From: Bacteroidia bacterium
Lineage (GTDB): Bacteria > Bacteroidota > Bacteroidia > NS11-12g > UBA9320
Reading direction: 5' to 3'
Assembly (NCBI GenBank): GCA_965216465.1
Contig: CBDCFW010000006.1
Location: forward strand, 1,235,334 to 1,299,333
Length of the DNA: 64,000 nucleotides
The notes under the pieces were generated by a model. It worked only from the letters and a program-made list of their open reading frames with translations, searched no databases and had not been told where the DNA came from. Position 1 is the stretch's first letter, and the number at the start of each line of letters is the position of its first letter. This document shows positions 1 to 9,561 of the stretch, piece after piece. A program made the translations under genes and the position numbers.

Positions 1-105
1 TTGACCAGCCTCCAGATGCATCGCCTCTGCGAGTGTGGTCATACCGGCTTTGGAAGCTCCAACCAAAGCAATGTTTTTGATGTGTTTATCGTCGTATGAT
101 CTCAT
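1..105 (-). CDS. fusA: Elongation factor G-family protein, N-terminal 35 aa (truncated by window edge)
   Basis: Manual translation MRSYDDKHIKNIALVGASKAGMTTLAEAMHLEAGQ resembles the EF-G/EF-G2 N-terminus (IKNIALxGxxxxG[K]TTLxEAM). Confidence 0.75.
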   Translation of the reverse strand, partial: MRSYDDKHIKNIALVGASKAGMTTLAEAMHLEAGQ

Positions 106-363
106 GGTTGCTACATGTTTTAAAGTTTGCGTGCAAGGTAGAGCAAACAAGTGTGTGGAGACTTGAAGATGCTCAACTTCTTGTATGATTTTGATTCGGG
201 CCATACAATTTAGTAATTTTTGACCAATTTGCAGCGTATGTGATGTAAAATATCAATGGGAGTAATCATAGCAGAGAGCAAGTTATATCAGTGATTATAA
301 TGACGCATATCACTTATGCGGTTCGAACTTGAGTGAACCTTTGTAGTATAATTTTGAATTAAA

Positions 364-1647
364 ATGGTCAACTATCACCGAGCAACAGCAGACGAAGCAT
401 TGCGCCTGCTTCAATCCGATCAAAATGTCTTCATTCACTCTGCAGTTGCTGCCCCTCAGTTACTTATAAATGCAATGGTTGCTGCAGCACCTCGACTAAA
501 AAATGTAAAAATATATCATTTACATACCAATTCAGAGGCTCCTTATGTGCAACCTGAGTATGAAGGAATATTCGAAGTGAATTCCCTTTTTATTGGCGGA
601 AATGTGAGAAAGGCAACGTGGGAAGGACGAGCTAATTTTATTCCCGTTTTTTTAAGTGATATTCCTTATTTGTTTAGAAGCGGAAAGATTAAGCTCGATG
701 TTGCATTGATTCAAGTGTCTCCTCCTGACAAGCACGGTTACTGCTCAATGGGTACTAGTGTTGATGCATCTAGGGCTGCTATGCAGACTGCTAAAATAGT
801 AATTGCTCAGGTGAATAAACATATGCCTAGAACACATGGAGATGGGCTTATTCATTATAGTGAAATTGATGCTATGGTTGATGGAGATTCTCCACTACCA
901 GAAGTTATTCTTCCCGAACCTAACCCGATTGAAGACCGAATCGGCGAGCATGTTGCCGCATTAATTGAAGATGGTTCAACACTTCAAATGGGTATAGGTA
1001 CCATACCGAATTCAGTCTTAACTAAGCTTAATGGCCATAAAGATCTAGGAATTCACACAGAGATGTTTAGTGATGGGGTAATTCCCCTCGTTGAATCAGG
1101 TGTAATAAACAATCGCCTAAAGGCCGTTCACCCTGGGAAAATTGTTTCTGGATTTGTAATGGGCTCTCAGAAATTGTATGATTTTATTGATGACAATCCT
1201 TTAGTAAACATGCTTGATATTGCTTATGTAAACGACGTTAGAACCATAAGGAAAAACCCAAAAGCGGTTTCAATAAACAGTGCAATTGAAGTGGATTTAA
1301 CCGGGCAAGTGTGTGCTGACTCTATAGGTTCTCGATTTTACAGTGGGGTAGGTGGTCAGATGGACTTTATACGTGGGGCATCCTTATCTCCTGGAGGTAA
1401 ACCCATTATAGCACTACCTTCCAGAACACTAAAAGGTGGGCGTAAAATTGTTTCCATTCTTAAACCTGGGGCAGGAGTAGTAACAACTAGAGCTCACGTA
1501 CATTATGTAGCAACGGAATATGGCGTAGCAGACCTTTACGGCAAGCCAATCAAGCAAAGAATAAAAGAGATGATTGAAATAGCTCATCCTGACGATCAAG
1601 AGCAACTCGATGAAGAAGCTTTCTCAATTTATCGACTTCACCATTAA
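364..1647 (+). CDS. Acetyl-CoA hydrolase/transferase family (4-hydroxybutyrate CoA-transferase-like)
   Basis: Motifs TLQMGIG, DLGIHTEM, SGVGGQMDF. Confidence 0.93.
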   Translation: MVNYHRATADEALRLLQSDQNVFIHSAVAAPQLLINAMVAAAPRLKNVKIYHLHTNSEAPYVQPEYEGIFEVNSLFIGGNVRKATWEGRANFIPVFLSDIPYLFRSGKIKLDVALIQVSPPDKHGYCSMGTSVDASRAAMQTAKIVIAQVNKHMPRTHGDGLIHYSEIDAMVDGDSPLPEVILPEPNPIEDRIGEHVAALIEDGSTLQMGIGTIPNSVLTKLNGHKDLGIHTEMFSDGVIPLVESGVINNRLKAVHPGKIVSGFVMGSQKLYDFIDDNPLVNMLDIAYVNDVRTIRKNPKAVSINSAIEVDLTGQVCADSIGSRFYSGVGGQMDFIRGASLSPGGKPIIALPSRTLKGGRKIVSILKPGAGVVTTRAHVHYVATEYGVADLYGKPIKQRIKEMIEIAHPDDQEQLDEEAFSIYRLHH

Positions 1648-1658
1648 CTCAGGATCAC

Positions 1659-2432
1659 CTAAATTATCCCAGCTCCCATTAGGATTGCCAAAATGATAAT
1701 CATGATACTAACGGTGACATGAACAAAGTTAATGGTTACTTTTTTGAGGAGTCTTTTGCCAAAAAATGCTCCCGCAAAAGCAGATAACACAGCCGCTGTC
1801 AGCAGTCCGATGTTTTCTTCAATACCTATGTTTGAGAATCGAGTGAAGTAAACAGAAATTCTTGAAATGTCGACTACAGATGCAATCATTACCCCAGTTG
1901 CAATGAAGGCCTCTTTTGATAATCCATACTTGATCAAAAAAGCACTTCTCAAGGCTCCTTGATGACCTGAAATTCCACCAAAAAAGCCACTAATAGCTCC
2001 ACCTAAGAATAACTTATTTTCTGAAAATTGAAGGTTTTTGTAAAAGGGTACAAATTCCACAATCGCAAAAAAGGCCATGAGTATGGCTACGGCAAGTTTT
2101 ACAGGAGTAATAACACAAAGTCTCGAGCCAATATAGTAGCGGGTGATTTCGCTGCCTTCTGTAAAATACATTAAAAGCCAGGCTCCCAAGAGGGCTCCTA
2201 CAATTGCGGGGGCTCCAAATTTAAATACCACTCTCCACGCAGCCTGTTTTCCAACAATTGCCATTTTAAATAGGTTATTGAGTAGATGTACTATTCCCGT
2301 CAGTGCAATAGCGACTTCAACAGGGAAAAACAGAGCTAAGACCGGCATGAGAATAGTGCCCAGGCCAAATCCAGAAAAGAAAGTTAAAAAAGATGCAAAG
2401 AGTGCAGCTATACAAACGAGAACTATTTCCAT
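1659..2432 (-). CDS. TauE/SafE (TSUP) family membrane transporter
   Basis: SGFGLGTILMP, GGISGHQG; multiple TM helices. Confidence 0.88.
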   Translation of the reverse strand: MEIVLVCIAALFASFLTFFSGFGLGTILMPVLALFFPVEVAIALTGIVHLLNNLFKMAIVGKQAAWRVVFKFGAPAIVGALLGAWLLMYFTEGSEITRYYIGSRLCVITPVKLAVAILMAFFAIVEFVPFYKNLQFSENKLFLGGAISGFFGGISGHQGALRSAFLIKYGLSKEAFIATGVMIASVVDISRISVYFTRFSNIGIEENIGLLTAAVLSAFAGAFFGKRLLKKVTINFVHVTVSIMIIILAILMGAGII

Positions 2433-2463
2433 TGATAAAGCTACAAATTAAGCCAAATTTTGT

Positions 2464-3288
2464 TTACGGTTTTCGCTCTAAAATTCGTTGAGCGGATCGC
2501 TCAAGTGCATCAATATTGGTATGAATCGAGCCATATTGTGTTATGGTGTCTACATCTTGGGCTTCAGCCATTATCAAAACAAATGCTGTGTCTTCTTGTG
2601 CTTGAAGCAAGAGACTACCCGTATTTTCTTCTAGGATAGAAAGATGGTACAAGGGGACATCTTCACTATGTAACGACAATTTGCCTCTTCTCGGAAAGAC
2701 AAATCCACGATTTTGCCCATTCGGTGTTGCAAGTTCAAAGTTTTCGCCTGCTTTGAGTTGAACGTCTAAGTAGGTGACATTTATAGGGATGTTAAGTGGA
2801 GATGTAACTCCGTTGTATTCACCTGCGATAACTTTTACATTACCAACTTGGGGAAGATCATCTGGCTGAGCATTGTTATACTCAGGTTGGCCTTCTTCGA
2901 GATGAGGTGGAAGCTGAAACCACAACTGGTGTATAGTAAACTCCCATTCTTCAGGAGCTCCTTCAGGTCTTGAATAACCTTCTGAATGCCAAATTCCTCC
3001 GCCAGAATTAACCCATTGGGCTCCACCATCTTTAATTATTCCTCCTTCACTGGCACTGTCTTGGTGAAGAATGTCAGTACCTTCTACATAGGTGATAATT
3101 CCTATGCCAGAATGCGGGTGCATTCCGATGCTGAATCCCTCGTCTGTTCGTTTGGAAGATCCAGCATCGAAAAAAACAATTGGATTCAACTCTTTGCGAA
3201 CTTCTGGTCCTAAGATGTATTGAAATCCATTTTTAGGACTTTGTAATCGCTTTATTTTTCGTTTTTCCTCCATTGTGTGACCCATCAT
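2464..3288 (-). CDS. Pirin family protein
   Basis: HPHSG, GIWHSE and QLWFQLP pirin motifs. Confidence 0.9.
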   Translation of the reverse strand: MMGHTMEEKRKIKRLQSPKNGFQYILGPEVRKELNPIVFFDAGSSKRTDEGFSIGMHPHSGIGIITYVEGTDILHQDSASEGGIIKDGGAQWVNSGGGIWHSEGYSRPEGAPEEWEFTIHQLWFQLPPHLEEGQPEYNNAQPDDLPQVGNVKVIAGEYNGVTSPLNIPINVTYLDVQLKAGENFELATPNGQNRGFVFPRRGKLSLHSEDVPLYHLSILEENTGSLLLQAQEDTAFVLIMAEAQDVDTITQYGSIHTNIDALERSAQRILERKP

Positions 3289-3299
3289 TTTATAATTAA

Positions 3300-3956
3300 T
3301 TAGGAACGTGCAACGCTTACGTCGATCGTAAAACCAATGTCGTTAGCAATAAGATAGTCAACTGGAACACCAGAAGTACCTTCTGTATTGTAAGAGATTC
3401 CCCAAACAGTTCTATCTACTGAAAAGTCTTCAGATTGAATGCTAACTGCATCGTTGGTGATGTCAACATTTGCTAAAAATGTGATGCTCTTTGTAACGTC
3501 TTTGATGGTTAAGTTTCCGGTAACTTTGGAGTTATATTCACCGTCGTTTCCTTCAATTTTGGTCATTTCAAATTTGGTATTTGGGTAGTGCTCAATATCA
3601 AAAAAGTCTCCAATTTTAAGGTGTCCTTCAAGCTTGGCTTTTGATTCAGCATCTTCGAAGTTCTCAACTGTTAATGACCCCATGTTCATAAGAACAGTTG
3701 CATTGGTTAAGGCGTCGTTTTCAACCTTTACTGAGGCATCTGCTAATGAGACTCTTCCCCAACGTTTTTGCATTCCTCCAAGATGAGAAGCTCTCCAAAA
3801 AACGAAGCTCGAATCTTTAACTTGAGCGTATTCGGTTCCGTTTTGATTTTCTGTAGTTGGAACTACTTCTGCTTGGCCGGCCTCAACTCTGTTTTGGTTG
3901 CTGCACGATTGTAAGAATAATCCACCGATTGCGATGGCGATAAATAATTTGTTCAT
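3300..3956 (-). CDS. YceI-family lipoprotein
   Basis: Lipobox LQSC; GHLKIGDFFD...GNLTIKDVTKSI. Confidence 0.9.
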   Translation of the reverse strand: MNKLFIAIAIGGLFLQSCSNQNRVEAGQAEVVPTTENQNGTEYAQVKDSSFVFWRASHLGGMQKRWGRVSLADASVKVENDALTNATVLMNMGSLTVENFEDAESKAKLEGHLKIGDFFDIEHYPNTKFEMTKIEGNDGEYNSKVTGNLTIKDVTKSITFLANVDITNDAVSIQSEDFSVDRTVWGISYNTEGTSGVPVDYLIANDIGFTIDVSVARS

Positions 3957-3974
3957 GATTTTTATAAGTAATTT

Positions 3975-4829
3975 TTATTTAAGTTGGCTCCAGTCTTGTT
4001 TTGAAGCCCATTGTTCAAATGATGATAAATTGTATTTTGAAAGTTCTTGTAAATCAGCCGAGTAGCCTGTGTCGATAAACCATTCGTACATCAATGCTAA
4101 ATCTTCGCTAAAACTTCTAATGTTGTCTGGACTGAATCCATTGTATGCAATTGGTTTGCCGATAACTTTCGATAAGGTTGCCGCAACATCTTGACCTGAA
4201 ATTTCGTCTCCGGCAATATCTAACCGCTGACCAAACATATTGTCACGCTCATTAACGGCGATAGCAACCATGTTTCCGATATCTTCAACAGCAACTTGCT
4301 GTAACACTCGGTCTTCTGGCATGGCCATGGCTAGAACTCCATTCTTAAGCCCTTCCATCGAGTCAGGAAAGAAGATGTTCTCCATGAAATAAACAGGGGC
4401 AATAATGGTATGGTTTAAGCCAATTGATTTGATATGCTCCTCAACTTTAAATTTACTATCGAAGTGAGGTATGTTAGTATTATTGTTAGCATCTCCAACT
4501 GAATTGAAAATGAAATGGCCAACCTGAGCTTCTTTGGCTGCATTCGCCAAGGCAATTCCTTGTTCAGTTTCGTGTTCTGTTCCTTTTTCGAAAGGTGTGG
4601 TTAAGGCGAAAACCGTATCTACATTGCTCATTGCTTCAACAAGCTTTTGGGTGTCTGTAAAATCAACAGAGATCATTTCTACCCCTCTGGCTTGTAGTGC
4701 TTTTGATTTATCAGAGTCTGTGTTTCTGGTTATTCCTATAACGTGATGCCCATCTCTTAAAAGGGCGTTAACAACTGAACCACCTTGTTGTCCTGTTGCT
4801 CCTGATACTAATACTTTTCGTTGAGTCAT
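3975..4829 (-). CDS. NmrA/HSCARG-family NAD(P)-binding protein
   Basis: GATGQQG, PHFDSK. Confidence 0.9.
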   Translation of the reverse strand: MTQRKVLVSGATGQQGGSVVNALLRDGHHVIGITRNTDSDKSKALQARGVEMISVDFTDTQKLVEAMSNVDTVFALTTPFEKGTEHETEQGIALANAAKEAQVGHFIFNSVGDANNNTNIPHFDSKFKVEEHIKSIGLNHTIIAPVYFMENIFFPDSMEGLKNGVLAMAMPEDRVLQQVAVEDIGNMVAIAVNERDNMFGQRLDIAGDEISGQDVAATLSKVIGKPIAYNGFSPDNIRSFSEDLALMYEWFIDTGYSADLQELSKYNLSSFEQWASKQDWSQLK

Positions 4830-4848
4830 TGCTTAATTATTGTAGGTA

Positions 4849-4909
4849 CAAAGGTCATGCGTGGTGTACCACCTGAAAAGGTAGTTTTGAGACCAATTAG
4901 GGTAAGTTT
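4849..4909 (-). promoter_or_regulatory. Promoter (-7 GACCTTTG) with tandem putative AraC operator
   Basis: On + strand CAAA at 4849, GGTA at 4880 and 4901; the same 31/21-bp spacing recurs at 6317 and 7114. Confidence 0.6.
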
Positions 4910-6305
4910 AGTCCTGCTTCTTTTTCCAAATTCCTAGAATCAACTTGTAATCTTGAATATAGTCTTGAAGTATGTTTTTGTTTTCTAAACTTGAATGAGA
5001 TTCTGTGATATGTTTTTTCATCAATCGTGAGGCATAAATGCCTGCAAGAATGTTCGAAGCAGCTAGGCCAATAAAGATTCCTATGGTTCCAAACTGCATT
5101 CCAATTAGGGTGAGTGGTACGGTAAATACAAGTGATTTTACCAGTGAAATTTTAAACGACTTACCCGTTAATTCCATTCCATTGAAGATGGCCATCGTAA
5201 CCAGGCTAAGTGCATAAAGAACATAGCTCAATCCAACACAGTAAAAGTAGTATGCGGTTTGTTGCACTACTACAGCATTGTCACTAAATATTCCAGCAAT
5301 CGGTTTTATAAATATGAAAAGCACCATGGCCACGGCTATACCCAAATAAGTTGATGCCTTTCCGCCAAATTGAATGGCTTCATCTATTCGCTTATCGGCA
5401 TTGGCTCCTGAGTTTTGAGCAATGAAAGGGGTAAGAGCGGTGCTTACAGATAAGATTCCAATCATCAAAAGCATTTCAATTCTACCAGCTACACCAAAGG
5501 CTGCAACGGCCATTGATGATTGCTTGGCCAAAAGAAAAGTTACGTAGGTTATCGTGATTGGTCCAATAATCTGAGTCGCTATGGTCGGCCCTGAGAGTGA
5601 AAAAACCTTTTTAATTATTGTTGAAGTGTTCGCTAGTTTGAGGTGAAGTAACTTGTCTTGAAGCAAGAGCACAACCATCCCTATAAACAGAAAAATCCAT
5701 GATATAACCGTAGCTAAGGCAGCTCCTTTAATGCCCAGTTCAAGGAAACCCCATTTTCCAAAAATCAAGGTGTAGTCAAAAAAGACGTTTAATACGCCTG
5801 CAATTCCCATAATTACTTCAGGTTTAGTGATGTTGCCTGATGCTCGAAGAATTCCGCCTGCAACAATACCTGTGTTCAGTAAGGGTATGCCCCAAAATAA
5901 GGGCTCAATGTATTGATGAATTAACGGTAAAACAACGTGATCAGCGCCAAGAAATCTAAAGATGGGTTGAATATTAAAAACAACCAATACCGAAAGAGCG
6001 GTAGAGATTATAGCTGTTAGCAATAAGCCATGAATTGCAGTGTCTTTCAATTTATCTTTTTCACCTGCACCAAACGCTTTACCTACCATAACCGATACTC
6101 CAACCGAAAGTCCAATGAACAAACTGACAACGGTAAAGTAGAGTGTAGATGCAAAACTTAAAGCTGCGAGTGCCTCATGGCCTAGCTTTCCAACAAAGTA
6201 GGTGTCGATAATTTGGAATAGAAAGGTTGAGAGCATTCCAAGACCAATAGGGAGGCTCATTAGTCTAAGAACCTTATTTGTTTTGTCGTGTAATATATCT
6301 GCCAT
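4908..6305 (-). CDS. MATE family efflux transporter
   Basis: IDTYFVGKLG...ALAAL, LGIKGAALAT; about 12 TM helices. Confidence 0.92.
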   Translation of the reverse strand: MADILHDKTNKVLRLMSLPIGLGMLSTFLFQIIDTYFVGKLGHEALAALSFASTLYFTVVSLFIGLSVGVSVMVGKAFGAGEKDKLKDTAIHGLLLTAIISTALSVLVVFNIQPIFRFLGADHVVLPLIHQYIEPLFWGIPLLNTGIVAGGILRASGNITKPEVIMGIAGVLNVFFDYTLIFGKWGFLELGIKGAALATVISWIFLFIGMVVLLLQDKLLHLKLANTSTIIKKVFSLSGPTIATQIIGPITITYVTFLLAKQSSMAVAAFGVAGRIEMLLMIGILSVSTALTPFIAQNSGANADKRIDEAIQFGGKASTYLGIAVAMVLFIFIKPIAGIFSDNAVVVQQTAYYFYCVGLSYVLYALSLVTMAIFNGMELTGKSFKISLVKSLVFTVPLTLIGMQFGTIGIFIGLAASNILAGIYASRLMKKHITESHSSLENKNILQDYIQDYKLILGIWKKKQD

Positions 6306-6316
6306 GATTATGGGTG

Positions 6317-6377
6317 CAAAGGAGGTCTTGCTGGTTTAATTAAGAAAGGTAGAAAATGGTCTAGTAAAGGTAATTTT
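6317..6377 (-). promoter_or_regulatory. Promoter with tandem putative AraC operator
   Basis: CAAA 6317, GGTA 6348 and 6369. Confidence 0.6.
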
Positions 6378-6384
6378 GAGATGA

Positions 6385-7104
6385 CTACTTGTTCAATTTG
6401 ATATTGATACCGTACATCAGCATTGAATTCAATTTTTCAGTATCTGGAAATTCTCTGGCATTAAAAAAGGTGCGGTGACTAAGGTTAACGAAAACCTGTT
6501 TAGATATCGGTAACAAAACTTGAATGTTGCTACTTCCACCCCAAATGTTTGAAGGGTTGATTCCATGAAATGTGCCAACGTTCCAATTTAGTATAGCTTT
6601 TTTAAGCTTGTAGTTGACAACAATATCAGTACCAACTGCAGGGGTCTGTATTGGCGACGATTCGATTGGTTTGAAATGAAAGTATGCAGCATATAGGTTG
6701 CTTTTGAAACTTAGTTTGCCATCTAGATTTGGCCTATATCCAACACCTATTCCAGCAAACAGTGATTGGTCTATGCGATAAGATAGTGCTGTGCCTGCAA
6801 TGACCTGTGCTGTTCGATAAAACGTTTTGCCTCGATGAAGGTCTACAATTTGGTTAATCCACAAGTCATTAATGATTGTGAAATCCTCAACATGTACATA
6901 AGTGTAGCTAATGTTAAGGCTGGTATTAAACATTGTATCTGTTGTTACTCTATTAAGCTGTGAGGATACACTTATTTGATTCAAATTTCCTGTTTGATAA
7001 TTGCCCATTACCGAAGCCTTAAGGTGACTGTGTTTATTTGAATCTTGAGCAAAGCCTTGTAAGAAGGCCATTAATACTACGATGATGGATGCACTTCGCT
7101 TCAT
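6385..7104 (-). CDS. Putative outer-membrane beta-barrel protein (DUF481-like)
   Basis: Start moved to ATG at 7104, which gives signal peptide MKRSASIIVVLMAFLQGFAQ and leaves room for the promoter; amphipathic strands. Confidence 0.6.
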   Translation of the reverse strand: MKRSASIIVVLMAFLQGFAQDSNKHSHLKASVMGNYQTGNLNQISVSSQLNRVTTDTMFNTSLNISYTYVHVEDFTIINDLWINQIVDLHRGKTFYRTAQVIAGTALSYRIDQSLFAGIGVGYRPNLDGKLSFKSNLYAAYFHFKPIESSPIQTPAVGTDIVVNYKLKKAILNWNVGTFHGINPSNIWGGSSNIQVLLPISKQVFVNLSHRTFFNAREFPDTEKLNSMLMYGINIKLNK

Positions 7105-7113
7105 AATTGGGTG

Positions 7114-7174
7114 CAAAGCACCGGCTAAAGTGCAAGCCACAAAAGGTCAATTTCAGAAAAAAGCGGGTAATTTT
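7114..7174 (-). promoter_or_regulatory. Promoter with tandem putative AraC operator
   Basis: CAAA 7114, GGTC 7145, GGTA 7166. Confidence 0.6.
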
Positions 7175-7177
7175 AGG

Positions 7178-8059
7178 TTAGGATGATGGTGTGTTTTTGA
7201 ACTCTTTTGGCGACATCCCAGTATGTTTTCTAAAGTATTTGAACATGTTGGTTGGCTCACCAAAATTAAGTTCGTAGGCAATCATTTTGCTTGATTTATC
7301 AGTTCCAAGAAGCTGTCTTTTAATCTCCAAAATTCTTCGCTCGTCAATTACCGATTTCGGTGAGGTTTTGAAGTAGGTCTTTGAAAGCTCTACCAATTTT
7401 TTGGTAGTGACTTGAAGTTTTTCAGCGTAGAACGAAACACTAGTCTCAGATTTAAAGTTATCTTCTATCAACTGGCTAAAGGAGAAAACCAGTCTTCCTA
7501 CATCTCCATCAGCAAATGATGATGCTCCATGCTGCAAATTCCCCATCTTTTCGCAGTGCATAAGAAACAAGCAAAGCCAATGGTAAAATTCTTTTGATTT
7601 GTTTGCATCAGCAGACTGGTAAGCCTTGTTCATGCCATCACTCAAGCTTTTTAGCAACAACTGGTCTTTTTCAAAAACGTTTAACTGCTGACGTTCAGGA
7701 TTGTGAGCACTCGAGAAGAAATTGTACAGGTGTGCTATGTCTTGCTCGTTCTTGTAGACAAATTCAGGCTTAAAAGTGATGGATTGCATTTCTACCGGTT
7801 GTTCAAACTTGTTGAAGTAATGCAATTGGTCTTTCGATAAGAGGATGAGGGTATTGGGTTCAAAAGAATATTCTTTGAAATCAACATAATAACTGCCTCT
7901 GCCGCTGAGCACCCAAAAAATTACATGGAAATCGCGAATCGAAGGAATGAAGATGTCTTCAGTGGTTTGTAAGTGGTCGGGTGGGGTTAGAGCAAAGTCT
8001 CGGCCTGCACCAATATCACTCGACTTAAAATACTTTACTTCTGATGAATCCACAAACAA
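7178..8059 (-). CDS. AraC family transcriptional regulator
   Basis: Cupin N-terminus; C-terminal IAYELNFGEPTNMFKYFRKHTGMSP. Confidence 0.92.
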   Translation of the reverse strand: MFVDSSEVKYFKSSDIGAGRDFALTPPDHLQTTEDIFIPSIRDFHVIFWVLSGRGSYYVDFKEYSFEPNTLILLSKDQLHYFNKFEQPVEMQSITFKPEFVYKNEQDIAHLYNFFSSAHNPERQQLNVFEKDQLLLKSLSDGMNKAYQSADANKSKEFYHWLCLFLMHCEKMGNLQHGASSFADGDVGRLVFSFSQLIEDNFKSETSVSFYAEKLQVTTKKLVELSKTYFKTSPKSVIDERRILEIKRQLLGTDKSSKMIAYELNFGEPTNMFKYFRKHTGMSPKEFKNTPSS

Positions 8060-8162
8060 AGATAATCATGCCTGAAATATTTAAGATAGGCTTGAGCCAA
8101 TTCAAATACTTGCGTTGGGCACGAACAATAACTAAATTCGTAGAAACCTAACCTAATTAATT

Positions 8163-8630
8163 ATGCAATCCAAAAAAATCCCTTTTTACTTATTTGCCTT
8201 TGTTACCCTGGTGACAAGCATGCTATTAATTATATCTAGTTGCGGACCAGTTGAAGAAGAAGTTGTACCAGAAACTACAGTTACAGGGTATGCTACTGAT
8301 GAAATTAGTGCTGTTCACAAAGTTGGCGAAAGCCCTTGTCCTCAACGAGTTGGGTCGGTCGAAGTTTTTTGCTTCGAAGGAGAAGAATATTATGGTTGTG
8401 ATGCCGATTCAGTAGCGGTAAAAAATAGCCATCTCGCCTTAAACATGAGTTTTCCAAACGGTCAGTCTTCAACCTCATTATCAAACGGTCAAGGATCGAT
8501 ATCGCTTACGGTGGATTTTAACTGCGGTCAAACCACATCATTTACGCACGACATAGAATTGTGCTTCTTTAAAGACGGTCAACAAGTTGCTACTGAAACA
8601 GCGCGAGTGACTATGACAATTGAAGAGTAA
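8163..8630 (+). CDS. Hypothetical lipoprotein
   Basis: Lipobox ISSC followed by acidic residues. Confidence 0.65.
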   Translation: MQSKKIPFYLFAFVTLVTSMLLIISSCGPVEEEVVPETTVTGYATDEISAVHKVGESPCPQRVGSVEVFCFEGEEYYGCDADSVAVKNSHLALNMSFPNGQSSTSLSNGQGSISLTVDFNCGQTTSFTHDIELCFFKDGQQVATETARVTMTIEE

Positions 8631-9093
8631 GAGCTTTGGTCATGTGGTAGTTAATCAAAACTTGACCCTTAACATGGTTGAGGTTTTTGTGTATTGATTT
8701 AAATCCTTTGGCTTTAAAAAAGTCTTGAGCAGTTATACTCACATCTGAAGATAATTCTAATGTATTATGCGTTCGAGCGAAGTCTTCTAACTCATTCAAA
8801 ATTTTTGATGCAATACCCATGCCTTGGTGCATATGGCTTGAATAGAGGAAGTCGATGTAGTTAAAGTCTTTAATAGAACCAAATCCGACGAGTTTACTTT
8901 CAAGTATAGCTACGATTACAATCTGTTCTTCTATTAATTTTTCCCAACGGTCCTTCTTCTCCGAACTAGAGGCCCAAACATCAATTTGTTCTGGAGTGTA
9001 GTCCTCGCTACATGTATTTCTTATGGTTTCAACGAACAGTCTTTTTAGAGCGTTTAGGTCATTGAATTCTGCCGTGCGAAGTTTAAGTTCCAT
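8611..9093 (-). CDS. GNAT N-acetyltransferase (YafP-like)
   Basis: YTPEQIDVW, QGMGIA, SITAQDFF..KGF. Confidence 0.9.
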   Translation of the reverse strand: MELKLRTAEFNDLNALKRLFVETIRNTCSEDYTPEQIDVWASSSEKKDRWEKLIEEQIVIVAILESKLVGFGSIKDFNYIDFLYSSHMHQGMGIASKILNELEDFARTHNTLELSSDVSITAQDFFKAKGFKSIHKNLNHVKGQVLINYHMTKALTLQLS

Positions 9094-9197
9094 ATGAAAT
9101 TTGTTGAGCTTAATTATTTTTAATTCTTTTCGACAAAACTACCTAATAGTTAAGTGAATTATGATAAAATTATGGGAATTGCATGAGGTCGTTATTC

Positions 9198-9205
9198 TAT
9201 ATTTG
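9198..9205 (+). promoter_or_regulatory. Bacteroidota sigma-A -7 element TATATTTG
   Basis: Exact TAnnTTTG ending 8 nt before the ATG at 9214. Confidence 0.6.
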
Positions 9206-9213
9206 CACCCAAA

Positions 9214-9525
9214 ATGAAACGGTGGATGGCCATAGGTGCAATTTTGTTATTCTCCTTTGCGGGAATACAGACGCTGTTTCATGGTGTAGAGTTTCATGAA
9301 GACGATTGTGAATCAACAGCAGAACATTATTGTGCTCCTGAATTTCACCATCACTGTGAACTCTGCGACCTCTTTACGGGATTTGCCATAGTAAATGCCA
9401 AAGCGCAGTGGATTCCTTCAGATTTTATAGGAATTGTATTTGAGGATCTGCAACACCAAGAACCAATTGCTTTATGGACTTATCCCCCTCAAGGAAGAGC
9501 TCCTCCGTTAAAACTGCATTCATAA
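9214..9525 (+). CDS. His/Cys-rich leader peptide with CxxC and C-terminal RAPP (DUF2946/CruR-like)
   Basis: N-terminal hydrophobic segment, HHHCELCD, GRAPP; directly upstream of a TonB receptor. Confidence 0.75.
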   Translation: MKRWMAIGAILLFSFAGIQTLFHGVEFHEDDCESTAEHYCAPEFHHHCELCDLFTGFAIVNAKAQWIPSDFIGIVFEDLQHQEPIALWTYPPQGRAPPLKLHS

Positions 9526-9561
9526 TATCCCTAAGTTTTAACAAAAAATCAAATCAATTTA

